DNA of 64,000 bases from Candidatus Latescibacterota bacterium (GCA_965219455.1 OZ244744.1:4480001-4544000); one strand, 5' to 3'. Positions 19,763-30,120 are shown, numbered from the stretch's first letter. The notes: generated from the sequence alone by a model not told the origin. Numbers and translations are program-made.

Positions 19763-20422
19763 ATGAGAGAGCGACCTGTTTACTGCTGCAGAAATGTCTC
19801 CAACCCGCCGCCGCTGGACGGGAAGATTTCCGGGACGGTGTGGGAGTTGGCCGACAAAGTCAACCGGGCATTCCATTTGCTCGGTACGGAAGCCGACCCG
19901 CCCGGTTATTTTCTGGAAGCCGCGGCGCTGTGGGACGAGGAGGCCCTGTACGTATGTCTTGTATCCGATCCGTCTCCCATTCCCGTGACGATGCGGGCGC
20001 GGGATCAGAATCTTTTCAACGAATGTGCTGTAGAGGTCTTCCTTCGAGCGGGGGGCGGTTACTACGAAATTGAGGTGAACCCCCGTGGCGCGGTACTGGA
20101 TCTGTATTTCCCGGACGAGAGGGAGACCGACTGGCGGAAGATGGCGGAATACGACGTGCCGGGGCTGGTGTGGTCGGCTACGGAGGTGGATGCAAATGGG
20201 CGCTGGTGCGCACAGCTGGCCATTCCGTGGGGCGGCGTACCGGACGTCGGCCGGGCGCAGCACGAAGGAACGGCGTGCGTTTTCGCGAATTTCACACGAA
20301 GCCAGAAGTTGCCAGACGGAAGTTATCATCTAACCACGTGGGGGCCTGCCCGGAATGCCTTTTGCGAATTGGCGAATATGGGCTGTGTGGTGCTCTCGCC
20401 CCACGAACAGGCATCTCAATGA
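19763..20422 (+). CDS. Carbohydrate-binding family 9-like (DOMON) protein
   Basis: PPLDGKI...W, LWDEEALYV, VEVF, YYEIEVNPRGAVLD and W.AQLAIPW. Confidence 0.8.
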   Translation: MRERPVYCCRNVSNPPPLDGKISGTVWELADKVNRAFHLLGTEADPPGYFLEAAALWDEEALYVCLVSDPSPIPVTMRARDQNLFNECAVEVFLRAGGGYYEIEVNPRGAVLDLYFPDERETDWRKMAEYDVPGLVWSATEVDANGRWCAQLAIPWGGVPDVGRAQHEGTACVFANFTRSQKLPDGSYHLTTWGPARNAFCELANMGCVVLSPHEQASQ

Positions 20423-20988
20423 ACGAATCCGCTTGCCCCGCCACGCCACGAGAGGATCGTTCGGCCAATCCATTCTGGACGATTTCAAATGGGCTGAGCC
20501 TGCTCCGGGCCGGGTTGACCGGACCGGTACTCTGGTTGATATGGATGGGGCCTGCGGGTAAGTGGTATCTGTTCTCTGTTGTCATTGCGATGATAATAAC
20601 CGATATTCTGGACGGCTATTTCGCAAGACGCTGGGGGGCCGTTACGTACTGGGGAAAGATCCTGGACCCCCTTGCCGACAAGGTGGCGATTGATGCGATC
20701 GCAATTATGCTGGCGCTCGTAAAGGGATTGCCGCTCTGGGTGGTCGTGGTAATTGTCGGGCGCGATGTCTTGATTGTTCTGGGCGGTGTATTTTTGGCTA
20801 CGCGGGACCAGATCGTGTATTCTTCGAACCTCTGGGGCAAGCTGACCACCTGTGCGATGAGCGTACTGTTGATTGCCTACGCGATGGATGCCGAGCCGCT
20901 GAAGGATCCTTTTCTGTACCTGTCGGCCGTACTGCTGCTGGTTTCTTCGGTAAGCTACGCACGGAGATTTCCAAGGCGCAAGGCCTAG
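20419..20988 (+). CDS. CDP-alcohol phosphatidyltransferase (PgsA-like)
   Basis: TDILDGYFARRWGAVTYWGKILDPLADK signature. Confidence 0.92.
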   Translation: MNESACPATPREDRSANPFWTISNGLSLLRAGLTGPVLWLIWMGPAGKWYLFSVVIAMIITDILDGYFARRWGAVTYWGKILDPLADKVAIDAIAIMLALVKGLPLWVVVVIVGRDVLIVLGGVFLATRDQIVYSSNLWGKLTTCAMSVLLIAYAMDAEPLKDPFLYLSAVLLLVSSVSYARRFPRRKA

Positions 20989-21021
20989 CACGGCAGGCTT
21001 TTTTCTTTCCACGAGAGGTCG

Positions 21022-21705
21022 TTGCAAGTTAGTGTGATTATTCCTGTTGTCAATGAGGCGGAGGTCATAGACGGTTTCCTGGCGCAGTTCCGCGAACAAC
21101 GGGACGTCGAAGTGATTGTGGTCGATGGCGGCAGTCGCGACGGTACGCAGGAGCGTATCCGGGAGACCGGAATGGTCCGGCTGGTGACGTCGCCGAGATC
21201 CGGCCGTTCCGTACAGATGAATCACGGGGCGAGTTCGGCCTCCGGGGAGGTCTTGCTGTTTCTGCATGCCGATACGTTTCTGCCGGAAGGCGGCATCGGG
21301 ATGATCCTGGAATCGCTTGAGGATCCGGATGTGGTGGGTGGACGATTCCGGCTGGGGCTTTCCGAGGATACGTGGATGTTTCGGGCGATCGCCTCACTTA
21401 GCACGATGCGTTCCAGATATCTGGGCATCACGTACGGAGATCAGGGAATCTACGTTCGTCGCTCCGTTTTCGACCGGGTGGCCGGGTTTCCGGACGTGGA
21501 GCTTTTCGAGGATTCGGAGTTCTGTGCGGCGGTACGCAAGTTGGGCCGTTTCGTATTGCTGAGTGGCACGGTCTGCAGTTCCACTCGCCGATGGCGGCAG
21601 CGGGGTGTCGTACCGACGGTGATCCGGATGTGGACGGTACGGATCCTGCACCTGTGTTCGGTTTCCGACAAGCGGTTGAGCCGTCTTTATCGCGACGTTC
21701 GATGA
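21022..21705 (+). CDS. Glycosyltransferase family 2 (TIGR04283-like transferase)
   Basis: VSVIIPVVNE, VVDGGSRDGT, GRSVQMNHGA, LFLHADT, YGDQG and FED. Confidence 0.88.
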   Translation: MQVSVIIPVVNEAEVIDGFLAQFREQRDVEVIVVDGGSRDGTQERIRETGMVRLVTSPRSGRSVQMNHGASSASGEVLLFLHADTFLPEGGIGMILESLEDPDVVGGRFRLGLSEDTWMFRAIASLSTMRSRYLGITYGDQGIYVRRSVFDRVAGFPDVELFEDSEFCAAVRKLGRFVLLSGTVCSSTRRWRQRGVVPTVIRMWTVRILHLCSVSDKRLSRLYRDVR

Positions 21706-21902
21706 GACGGTCGAGTGATGGATTCTCCGAATGGATTCCGGGGTTCGGGATCCGGGCTACAGGCCATGGATGGCCCTATAGGATACGCGCCCCGGCCCAT
21801 TTTGCGGATGCGCGTGAGTCAGCGAAGAAAACGGCGGGTGAGGCCGATTCTATTATCACGATTTGCCCCGGGTGCGTTGCATCCGGATAGGACGGGACCT
21901 GG

Positions 21903-22799
21903 ATGCAATACCGGCGTTTTGGCAGGACGGACTGGCTGGTCAGCGAGGTGGGGATGGGCGGTGCGTGGTTCTACGGCCGGACTGAGGAGGGTCTGCTGCC
22001 CGACGCTCACGGGGTTAAGATGGTTGAGCGGGCGCTCGAGTTGGGCGTGAATTATTTCGATACGGCGCCCTTGTACGGAAAGGGCCGAAGCGAAGAAATG
22101 TTGGGGCTTGCCCTGGAAGGTGTGACGGAACCGTACTATCTGGCGACCAAGGTCGGTTATTATCCGGAACCGTTCGACTATTCACGGGACGCGATCTGGC
22201 GCGGATTCGACGCCAGTCTGAAACGACTGCGGCGGGATCGGGTGGATCTGCTCCAGGTGCATGAAGCGGAGCAGGCCGCCTGGGAAGGTATCTTCGGAAA
22301 GGAACGCACGCTGGAGACGCTGGTGGATATTCGTTCGCAAGGGCTCGCGCAACATATCGGATTGACCGGGTCTGACCTGTCATTGATGAGCAAAATCCTG
22401 AAGGAGACCGATGAGTTCGTATCCGTGATCACGTTTTGCAAGTACGATCTGCTGACACAGGAAGCCAAGGAAATTCTGGTGCCTGTCGCGGCAGCCGAGA
22501 ATGTCGCGGTGATCGCCGCGTCTCCCCTGCACGGAGGTCTGTTGGGTTCCAAGCGCGACAGGTTTATTGCAAACGGACGATTTCCCGAGTTGCACGCCAG
22601 GCTGCGCCGTGTGGAGGTCTTACTGGCGGACGAGCCGCAGGGTCTGGTAAACGTAGCGCTTCGGTACCTGCTTACGGACCCGCGGGTAAAGATGCTGCTT
22701 TGCGGGGCATCCGACGTGGAGGAGTTGGAAATGTGTGCATCGGTTTCGGACGGCGAGTACCTCCCGCCGGACCGGGTCCGGCAGATCGAGGAGGCTTAG
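21903..22799 (+). CDS. Aldo/keto reductase
   Basis: MQYRRFGRT, NYFDTAPLYG, LATKVG and DLLQVH. Confidence 0.93.
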   Translation: MQYRRFGRTDWLVSEVGMGGAWFYGRTEEGLLPDAHGVKMVERALELGVNYFDTAPLYGKGRSEEMLGLALEGVTEPYYLATKVGYYPEPFDYSRDAIWRGFDASLKRLRRDRVDLLQVHEAEQAAWEGIFGKERTLETLVDIRSQGLAQHIGLTGSDLSLMSKILKETDEFVSVITFCKYDLLTQEAKEILVPVAAAENVAVIAASPLHGGLLGSKRDRFIANGRFPELHARLRRVEVLLADEPQGLVNVALRYLLTDPRVKMLLCGASDVEELEMCASVSDGEYLPPDRVRQIEEA

Positions 22800-22800
22800 C

Positions 22801-23868
22801 ATGACCGCAGCGCGACTCGGTATTATCGGTCTGGGTTATATTACGGTAAATGCCCATCTCCCGCCACTGGCCGAACTTGCGGAGAGAGGTCTGGCGGTGT
22901 TCCAGGCGTTCTGCGACGTGGACGAAGAAACGGCGGCCCGCCAGGCGCGGACTTTCGGGGCGAAAACCGTATATACGGATCACCACGAGATGTTTGAGAA
23001 AGAGGAGTTGGACGGGGTTTACATCTGCATTCCACCCACCTTGCATACGGATGCCGAGTTGATCGCCGCGGAAAAAGGGATCCCGGTTATGGTGGAAAAA
23101 CCCCAGACTCTGGATATCGCACAGGCGATTCGGTTCAGCGAGGCAATCCGGAAGTCGGGCGCCCCTTCTCAGGTGGGCTTCATGAGCCGTTATTACGAAA
23201 CGGCGGAGTACATGCGGGAAAGGATATTGGAGCGCAGGGCGAGGCACGCGCTTGTGCAACTGCTTTACAGCGGGAGGCATATTCGCTACTGGACGAGCCG
23301 CTTCGAGCTGTGTGGAGGGTCGTTTGTCGAGAATACGATTCATATGGTGGATCTCCTCAGATTTTTCCTGGGTGACGTTACGGATGTGTCCGCGTTTTAT
23401 TTCTATCGCGAGCCCGGCGAGGGGCCCGAGCCCATTAATCTTCCCCACGTGTACGACGTGAATTACCGTTTTGAAGGTGGCGTCGTGGCCAGTGTCACAA
23501 CCTCGCGCGTGCTGACGAATGTGAATGCATCCAGGCGGGAGGTGGTGGTGGTATGCGACGATTCGCTTCTGGAGTGGTCAGCGGAAAGGGTCGTGGAAAA
23601 CGGTGAGACGATTTTCGAGGCGCCCGCCCGGAACAACCCGTTCGCCAGGCAGGCGCGAGCGTTTGTCGATGCGATCCGAACGGGCGACGCGTCCGGACTG
23701 CGCAACGGGTACGGGCAGGCGCTGAATAGTCTGGCCGCGGGTTTGGGGGCCAATGCGTCGGCCTCCGAAGGAGGCGCACTGATACGGCTGGACGAGTTCG
23801 TTTCCGGGGCTGTTTCCGGCCCGGATCGTAGCCCGGCGAATACGGGTGTGGAGCGCGAGACTTATTGA
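22801..23868 (+). CDS. Gfo/Idh/MocA family oxidoreductase
   Basis: LGIIGLGYI, VEKP and GGSFVENTIHMVD. Confidence 0.92.
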   Translation: MTAARLGIIGLGYITVNAHLPPLAELAERGLAVFQAFCDVDEETAARQARTFGAKTVYTDHHEMFEKEELDGVYICIPPTLHTDAELIAAEKGIPVMVEKPQTLDIAQAIRFSEAIRKSGAPSQVGFMSRYYETAEYMRERILERRARHALVQLLYSGRHIRYWTSRFELCGGSFVENTIHMVDLLRFFLGDVTDVSAFYFYREPGEGPEPINLPHVYDVNYRFEGGVVASVTTSRVLTNVNASRREVVVVCDDSLLEWSAERVVENGETIFEAPARNNPFARQARAFVDAIRTGDASGLRNGYGQALNSLAAGLGANASASEGGALIRLDEFVSGAVSGPDRSPANTGVERETY

Positions 23869-23875
23869 CATAGGG

Positions 23876-24304
23876 ATGGCGCCGATGAACGAAATCAGGT
23901 ATTTTACGCCCCTGGAGGCCAACCGGACATTGCCGCTGGTGAAACGAATTGTTGCCGACATCCAGGCTTCCGGTCGTCGGTTGCGTCAACTTGCCGGGGA
24001 ACTGGGGTCGGCCGCGGCCGATGATGCCGAGATAAAGAAGCTGATTGCGTCGCTGAATGAATTCTTCGAGGAATTGGAGGGAATCGGGTGTTCGTACAAA
24101 GATCCGAATTTCGCCCTCGGCCTGGTGGATTTTCCCTGCGTAATCAACGGCGAGGAGGTGCTTCTGTGCTGGCGGAGCGATGAGCCCCGGGTCACACACT
24201 ACCACAGTCCCACGGAAGGCTACCCGGGGCGCAAACGGATTCCCGATGAATTACTTCGGGAACGAACAACGGAACATGGAGAGGAGACAAAGGATGACGG
24301 TTAA
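23876..24304 (+). CDS. DUF2203 family protein
   Basis: RYFTPLEANRTLP...KD...GLVDFP...LCWRSDEP.VTHYH....GYPGR. Confidence 0.85.
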   Translation: MAPMNEIRYFTPLEANRTLPLVKRIVADIQASGRRLRQLAGELGSAAADDAEIKKLIASLNEFFEELEGIGCSYKDPNFALGLVDFPCVINGEEVLLCWRSDEPRVTHYHSPTEGYPGRKRIPDELLRERTTEHGEETKDDG

Positions 24305-24632
24305 GGAACTGGTGAGCCGGTTCCCGGAGATCCCGGCCGATCTTCGCGGTGAACCGCAGCTTGCGGCGTTCGCTGACGCGTTCGAAGCACAACTGGAAAT
24401 CGCGCGGAAGCCCAGCGCCTGCGCGGTGGAACACGACGCGGACAACCATTTCTATCTGCAGCTGATCGGACCCATCGACATCTACAGGTACGGACTCTAC
24501 GACAGGGAGCGGGTGTTGGAAGAGATCCGGAAACTCGTCGACGGCCATCGGGCCGACCCCGTCGGGTTTGTACGTGGTCTGCTTCCGGAGAAGATTGCGC
24601 GGCAGGAGGTTAAGGGGCCGGGCTGCGAATAG
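24294..24632 (+). CDS. Hypothetical protein
   Basis: RBS GGAG; overlaps the DUF2203 stop; natural-looking composition. Confidence 0.7.
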   Translation: MTVKELVSRFPEIPADLRGEPQLAAFADAFEAQLEIARKPSACAVEHDADNHFYLQLIGPIDIYRYGLYDRERVLEEIRKLVDGHRADPVGFVRGLLPEKIARQEVKGPGCE

Positions 24633-24708
24633 GACAGAGCAGGATTTGCGATGATCTTCACGAGGGGTGACTCCCAATGCAATTTTCCCATTCATTGAGC
24701 ACTCGGCT

Positions 24709-26103
24709 ATGGCGGATCAGTCCCTCCATTTATTGACGGCGACGGAACTCGCCGCGCTCTACCGCAGCGGGCACGTTTCGCCCGTGGCGGTTACGGAGGC
24801 GTATCTGGATCGGATCCATCGCTATCAGTCCGAAACGAAGGCGTTCATTACGGTAACGGCGGAACGGGCGCGGGCTGACGCAAGAGCGGCGGAACTGGCC
24901 ATTCGATCGGGTAACGATTACGGACCGTTGCACGGTGTGCCTATTGCATTAAAGGACCTGTGCGATACGGCGGGCATTCGCACGACGTCGGGATCCGGGG
25001 CGCGGAAGGACCATGTGCCGACGCGTTCTTCGACGGTGGCGAAGCGGCTGGCGCGCGCGGGCACGGTGTTGTTGGGCAAGACGAATCTGGTGGAATATGC
25101 ATTCGGTCCGTTCGGAATCAACCCGCATTTCGGCACCCCTCCGAATCCGTGGGACGCGGAACGGGTTCCGGGCGGGTCCAGCAGCGGATCCGGCCTGGCC
25201 GTTGCGGCCGGCCTGGCTGCAGCGGCGATCGGAACGGACACCGGCGGGTCGGTACGCATTCCCGCGGCGTTCTGCGGTGTCGTCGGCCTCAAGACCACAA
25301 CGGGCCGCATCGGTACGGCGGGAGTGATGCCGCTTTCGTGGACGCTGGACACCATAGGGCCCATGGCCAGATGCGTTGAGGACGCCGCGCTGATGTATGT
25401 GGCAACCGCAGGCGCGGACGTGGAAGATTCCTCGGCCCTTGATTTGCCGGTCGGCGACGTCATGGGCCTCCTGAAGAAGGATGTCAAGGGCCTGCGACTC
25501 GCGGTGGTCCGTGAGCCGTTCTTCCACGGAGCGGATCCCGAGGTGGTCTCGCTGGTGGAGGACGCGATCGAGGTCCTGGCCGGACTGGGCGTTGACGTGC
25601 GGGAAATGGCGTTTCCCGAGGCGGTACAGGCCGAAAGAGAGGAAGATAACCTGAGGCTTCTGAGGACTGAGGCGGTTGTTGTCCACCGCGAGGCGCTGGC
25701 GGATGCGCCGGATTCATTCGGCCCCGTCGTGCGTGCGCGCCTCGAGGTCGAGCCCGGATTGCTGGCCGTGGATCTGGCCGAAATTCAGCGCAAACGCGCC
25801 GAGATGATGCGGACGACGGCGGTCAGGTTGACCGACGTCGAGGCCGTCGCCGGTCCCACGATGTCGAAGCCCGCGCCTCGGCTGCGTGATCTGGACCGCG
25901 GGGAGCCGACACGCTTGCTTACCCGGCTTGTAAACTGGCTGGGTCTGTGCGCGGTAACCGTGCCCTGCGGGTTTACATCGCAGGGATTTCCGGTCGGGTT
26001 GCAACTGACGGGCAAGCCGTATGACGAAGCGACGATCCTTCGGCTGGCCTATGCGTACGAGCAGGCAACGGACTGGCGCGCATCGCGTCCACCCGGGTAC
26101 TGA
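24709..26103 (+). CDS. Amidase signature family enzyme (GatA-like)
   Basis: PIALKD, GGSSSGS and GTDTGGSVRIPAAFCG (Ser-cisSer-Lys triad). Confidence 0.93.
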   Translation: MADQSLHLLTATELAALYRSGHVSPVAVTEAYLDRIHRYQSETKAFITVTAERARADARAAELAIRSGNDYGPLHGVPIALKDLCDTAGIRTTSGSGARKDHVPTRSSTVAKRLARAGTVLLGKTNLVEYAFGPFGINPHFGTPPNPWDAERVPGGSSSGSGLAVAAGLAAAAIGTDTGGSVRIPAAFCGVVGLKTTTGRIGTAGVMPLSWTLDTIGPMARCVEDAALMYVATAGADVEDSSALDLPVGDVMGLLKKDVKGLRLAVVREPFFHGADPEVVSLVEDAIEVLAGLGVDVREMAFPEAVQAEREEDNLRLLRTEAVVVHREALADAPDSFGPVVRARLEVEPGLLAVDLAEIQRKRAEMMRTTAVRLTDVEAVAGPTMSKPAPRLRDLDRGEPTRLLTRLVNWLGLCAVTVPCGFTSQGFPVGLQLTGKPYDEATILRLAYAYEQATDWRASRPPGY

Positions 26104-26190
26104 TGCCCTGTCCCGGGAATACGTCACCACACTTCCGCCTGCCTCGCATGCTTCAGCAGGCAGGCCGGTTCATCCCGTCTCACGGCGTTG
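26103..26190. repeat. Partial MITE family C copy with a palindromic CCTGCC...GGCAGG insert
   Basis: Aligns to 5223-5280 apart from an inserted CCTGCCTCGCATGCTTCAGCAGGCAGG-type hairpin. Confidence 0.6.
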
Positions 26191-26240
26191 GGCCGACCTT
26201 CCGTTAAAACTCAATGCAGAGAAAAAGAGGGGAGCGCGCT

Positions 26241-27827
26241 ATGCTGGTGGGTTACGTGAGTGACGAGCGCTACATTGCGTTATCCGACGTGGCTCTGGAA
26301 TTCAGAGACGCGTCGGGAAACGCGGTGCTCGTACGTTCGTCCGCATCGGGTGCGGTATATGCGGAGGTGACGCCGGGTCGTTACCAGGTGATTCTGGCAA
26401 GGAACGGGTATGGGTCGAAAATCGTCGATATGGAGGTGAAACCGGACGAACCCCGTCAGTTTCGTCTGTTGAAGGACTGTCTTTTGGGTTACGTGTGGCC
26501 CAAGTGCGTGAAGTCGGGCGACCGCTCCGAATTTCGTGTGCATTCACACGAACAGTATAAGCTGGAGCTATGGCGTTACGGCTGGAAAAAGGAACTCATC
26601 AGGCCCGTCGGATGGTACGACGAGCACGGTCCGCGGGCCACCGTCCAGCTGACGCCCGACGGCGATTATACGCAGGTGGGCGCGCAGTGGAACAAGTTCG
26701 GATATACCAGCCCCGGTCACAAACAGCTTGTCACCGCGCCTGAAAGGTCGGGACTTTACTACTTCCACGCCAGGACGGAATCCGGTTTGTTCTTCTCGTT
26801 TCCGTGGGTTGTGGCCCCCGCGGAACCGAGGGCGAAGGTGGCCGTGCTGGCATCGGATATCAACTGGAACTGCTATAACAATTTCGGCGGGCGCAGCAAT
26901 TATATTCACCCGGACAGGATGCCCCCCACACCCACCATCAACGCCCGGCTGGAGTTGAAGCGCTACACCGATCCGGAGCACATCAATTACGACGCGGAGG
27001 AATATCTGCCGCTGTCTTTCGAACGTCCGGAGCCGATAAACGTCGTGCCGGAGGATGAGCAGGTGACCGATCCGATTGAAGGACGGGCGCCCAATCACGT
27101 CGCCCCGGCGGAGTGGCGGCTGATGGGGTGGCTGGAGCGGGAGGGGTTCGAGTACGATCTTTATTCGGAAACACAGCTGCATTTCGGCGCGCTGAACCTG
27201 GACGATTACGCCGTGTTGATTCTGGGACCCCATCCCGAATACTGGTCCGGTAAAATGTATTACGACGTGAAAGATTGGGTTTTCAACCGGGGTGGCAGGT
27301 TGATGTATCTTGGCGGAAACGGGCTGAACTGCGAGGTGGAGTTCGTGGACGAGGAAACGATGATCGTCCAGAACGGAAACCGGCGTCAGCAGCGGGACGA
27401 AGGGTTTGAGAGCCGCATGCATATGCGCCAGGAGTCGGAGGCCAACCTGCTGGGGGTGGTGTTCACCCAGGCAGGCATTATGACGGCGGCTCCGTACCGG
27501 GTCGTCGACGCCGGCCACTGGGCATTCGAGGGCACGGGCCTCGGCGAAGGGGATATCTTCGGCCGGGAGTATCTGCATATGCGAATTCCGGGCGGAGCGT
27601 CGGGGCACGAAACGGATAAGATCTCATCCCGGTTCTCTCCCCCGAACGTCAAGCTGCTTGCCCGCGGGATGAACGAAAACGACGGGGGCGCCCACATGGT
27701 CATTCACGAACCGGCCGGGGGTGGCGCGGTCTTCTCGACGGGTTCTATCACCTACATAAGTTCCCTGCTGGTCAGCGATGAACTTTCCCGGCTCACAGGC
27801 AACGTGGTGAGGCGATTCCTGGAGTAA
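26241..27827 (+). CDS. N,N-dimethylformamidase large (beta) subunit-like protein with N-terminal carboxypeptidase-regulatory-like domain
   Basis: SGLYY, WNCYNNFGGRSNY, LSFERP, WLEREG, HPEYWS, LMYLGGN, GHETD and GAVFSTGS. Confidence 0.8.
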   Translation: MLVGYVSDERYIALSDVALEFRDASGNAVLVRSSASGAVYAEVTPGRYQVILARNGYGSKIVDMEVKPDEPRQFRLLKDCLLGYVWPKCVKSGDRSEFRVHSHEQYKLELWRYGWKKELIRPVGWYDEHGPRATVQLTPDGDYTQVGAQWNKFGYTSPGHKQLVTAPERSGLYYFHARTESGLFFSFPWVVAPAEPRAKVAVLASDINWNCYNNFGGRSNYIHPDRMPPTPTINARLELKRYTDPEHINYDAEEYLPLSFERPEPINVVPEDEQVTDPIEGRAPNHVAPAEWRLMGWLEREGFEYDLYSETQLHFGALNLDDYAVLILGPHPEYWSGKMYYDVKDWVFNRGGRLMYLGGNGLNCEVEFVDEETMIVQNGNRRQQRDEGFESRMHMRQESEANLLGVVFTQAGIMTAAPYRVVDAGHWAFEGTGLGEGDIFGREYLHMRIPGGASGHETDKISSRFSPPNVKLLARGMNENDGGAHMVIHEPAGGGAVFSTGSITYISSLLVSDELSRLTGNVVRRFLE

Positions 27828-27864
27828 GGTTTGCCGCCCACCCGTCTTGTGCGAGGAGCATGGC

Positions 27865-28782
27865 ATGCTTTTTGACACGCATACCAATCTGTTGTGGTAT
27901 CCGGACCATCTGACGGATGAATTCGTCGAGTCCGCACTTGCCGCCAAAAAGGCAAAGATGCGATTGTCGCCCGACGTGTATTTTGCGGACGACTCCCGGG
28001 ACGAGCGCAATGCGTTCGACGCCACACCCGAGCAACTGCTGGTGGCCACCGAAGATTGCGACGGGGCGATCGTGTTCGGTCTGCGGGCGCCGCACGTGGG
28101 AATCGACGTGCCGCAGGAACTGGTTGCCGGATTCGTGAACGAAAACCCGGATCGGTTCTTCGGCTGGAGTTCGGTAAATCCAAACGACGCGGATTGTATC
28201 GACCAGCTGGTATATTGCGTGGAGGACCTGGGGCTGCGGGGGCTGAAGGTGGCCCCGATCTACCAGAATTGGGATCCACAGGATCCGCGGCACCTGCCGT
28301 TTTTCAAAAAAGCGGAATCGCTGGGTATTCCGATGAATATCCATCAGGGCACCTCGTTCGTCCGGTTCGGCCCTTTGAAGTACGCCAATCCGATTCTGCT
28401 CGAGGATATTGCTATTGCGTGCCCGGATCTGCGTATTGTCATTTCTCACATGGGGCATCCGTGGGAGGATGAATGCGTGGTGCTGATCCGCAAGCATCCC
28501 AACCTTTACGCCAACGTGTCTGCCCTCCACTACCGGCCGCGGCGACACTACCAGGCATTCATGTCGGCGGTCGAATATGGCGTGGAACACAAACTGATTT
28601 TCGGATCCGATTTTCCATCGGCCACGGCGGCGCAGGTGATTGCCGGCCTGTGGAAGGTAAACGACGTGGTCAAGGGGACAAATTTCCCGACCATGCCGGA
28701 CGAGATGATCCATAACATCATCTACGAGAACTGGAAGCTGGTCTTTCCGGAGTATATCGGGCCATTGAATCGGGGTTCTTGA
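27865..28782 (+). CDS. Amidohydrolase 2 family metal-dependent hydrolase
   Basis: DTHT, GLRGLK, IHQG, ISHMGHPW and LIFGSDFP. Confidence 0.9.
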   Translation: MLFDTHTNLLWYPDHLTDEFVESALAAKKAKMRLSPDVYFADDSRDERNAFDATPEQLLVATEDCDGAIVFGLRAPHVGIDVPQELVAGFVNENPDRFFGWSSVNPNDADCIDQLVYCVEDLGLRGLKVAPIYQNWDPQDPRHLPFFKKAESLGIPMNIHQGTSFVRFGPLKYANPILLEDIAIACPDLRIVISHMGHPWEDECVVLIRKHPNLYANVSALHYRPRRHYQAFMSAVEYGVEHKLIFGSDFPSATAAQVIAGLWKVNDVVKGTNFPTMPDEMIHNIIYENWKLVFPEYIGPLNRGS

Positions 28783-28878
28783 GATGTCGCGGTTTATGCC
28801 GGAGCCCGGCGGCATGGAATGGGGCAAAGTGGATTTTCCTGCGGCGAAATGCGGTGTGCTCAATAAAGAGAGGTCTGG

Positions 28879-30120
28879 ATGAGCCGATTGTACTACAGCG
28901 AAGACGGGCGGGTCATGCCGTCTCTTTGTGAGGAGTTGACCACGTTCCGGCGGGGGCGCAAAACACTCACGTTGCCTGAGACGGACGCGCCCGGGCAGGT
29001 TTATATTCTGGCCCGGCCCTATCCGGAAAACGAAGCCCCGCTTCGGGTGGCCCTGAACGGCGTTGAGGTCGAGGCTCTCAGTCCCGACCGGCCAGGTGCG
29101 TATTCCTGGTCTGAACTTTCGGTGGCGGATCTGAGAGCCGGCGACAATACCTTCGAACTGTGGACCGACGGGACGGCGATGGATGGCTGGTCGCTCGCGA
29201 TGGAAGCCGGCCACGCCGAACCCGACAGCGGGGTCAGTGACGACGGTGGGCAGACCTGGCGGAGTGAGCGGATGGGCTACCTCAATTCCGTTCTGGGTGA
29301 GTACGTGATACGGGTACGGCTGGCCGAGGGAGAGGATCCGCCGCCGCCGCCCATGGTTTGGGAGGTTGCAGAGTCGCCAAGGCTGGTATCGTTGAGGCGT
29401 ATATTGCCGCCCGTGGCAAGAGACCAGGGGCCGCTGATAAATCGGGTCCGCGCGTTATCGGCCTGGCTGGCGTCCAGTTGGGAGCACACCAATTCACTGA
29501 GGGCGGGGCAATATGCACCGTGGGACGCGGAGACCCTGCTCTCCTGGGCTCCCGGACAGGTGGGACACAACGGAAAACGGCCGGTTGCGATGTGCGTTCA
29601 CTATGCGGCGGCTTTCGTGAGTTGCGCTCAGGCGGTGGGCATTCCGGCCCGTTGTGCGGTTCTGACCGAGGCGGTAAACGGATTCAACGGGCATTTCGTG
29701 GCGGAGGTCTGGTTCGATGAGTATGGCAGGTGGGCAGTGGTGGATCCGAACACCGATGCGCTGTTTGTCAAAAACGGGGTGCCCATGTCAATGGCCGACG
29801 TGCGGGCCGCAGGTGAGAATCTGAAGACCCATATTGAATACGGCCCGGGTGCGGAGTACCAGCGGACGTTTCCGCATATGGTTGAATTCGTCCAGGAGAA
29901 TCTGGAGAAGGGCGTGTGTTTCGGGCACCGGAGCGTCTGGTTCCGGAGCGACTTGCTGGGGCGTCCGGAGTTTTCGCCACCCGCTCACGGCTCGCTGAGC
30001 TATTGCGAAACCGGCCTTGTCTGGGAGCAGCGTGATCTGGCGGCGGGGTTTGGGATGTTTCCTTTCTTCGGCGACGAGCGGTACTTCGATGCCGCCCCGG
30101 TCTGTCCTGGCTGGGGTTGA
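28879..30120 (+). CDS. Transglutaminase-like domain protein
   Basis: Cys-His-Asp-like motifs MCVHYA, GHFVAEVW and WAVVDP; Asp-box SDDGGQTW in the N-terminal part. Confidence 0.75.
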   Translation: MSRLYYSEDGRVMPSLCEELTTFRRGRKTLTLPETDAPGQVYILARPYPENEAPLRVALNGVEVEALSPDRPGAYSWSELSVADLRAGDNTFELWTDGTAMDGWSLAMEAGHAEPDSGVSDDGGQTWRSERMGYLNSVLGEYVIRVRLAEGEDPPPPPMVWEVAESPRLVSLRRILPPVARDQGPLINRVRALSAWLASSWEHTNSLRAGQYAPWDAETLLSWAPGQVGHNGKRPVAMCVHYAAAFVSCAQAVGIPARCAVLTEAVNGFNGHFVAEVWFDEYGRWAVVDPNTDALFVKNGVPMSMADVRAAGENLKTHIEYGPGAEYQRTFPHMVEFVQENLEKGVCFGHRSVWFRSDLLGRPEFSPPAHGSLSYCETGLVWEQRDLAAGFGMFPFFGDERYFDAAPVCPGWG

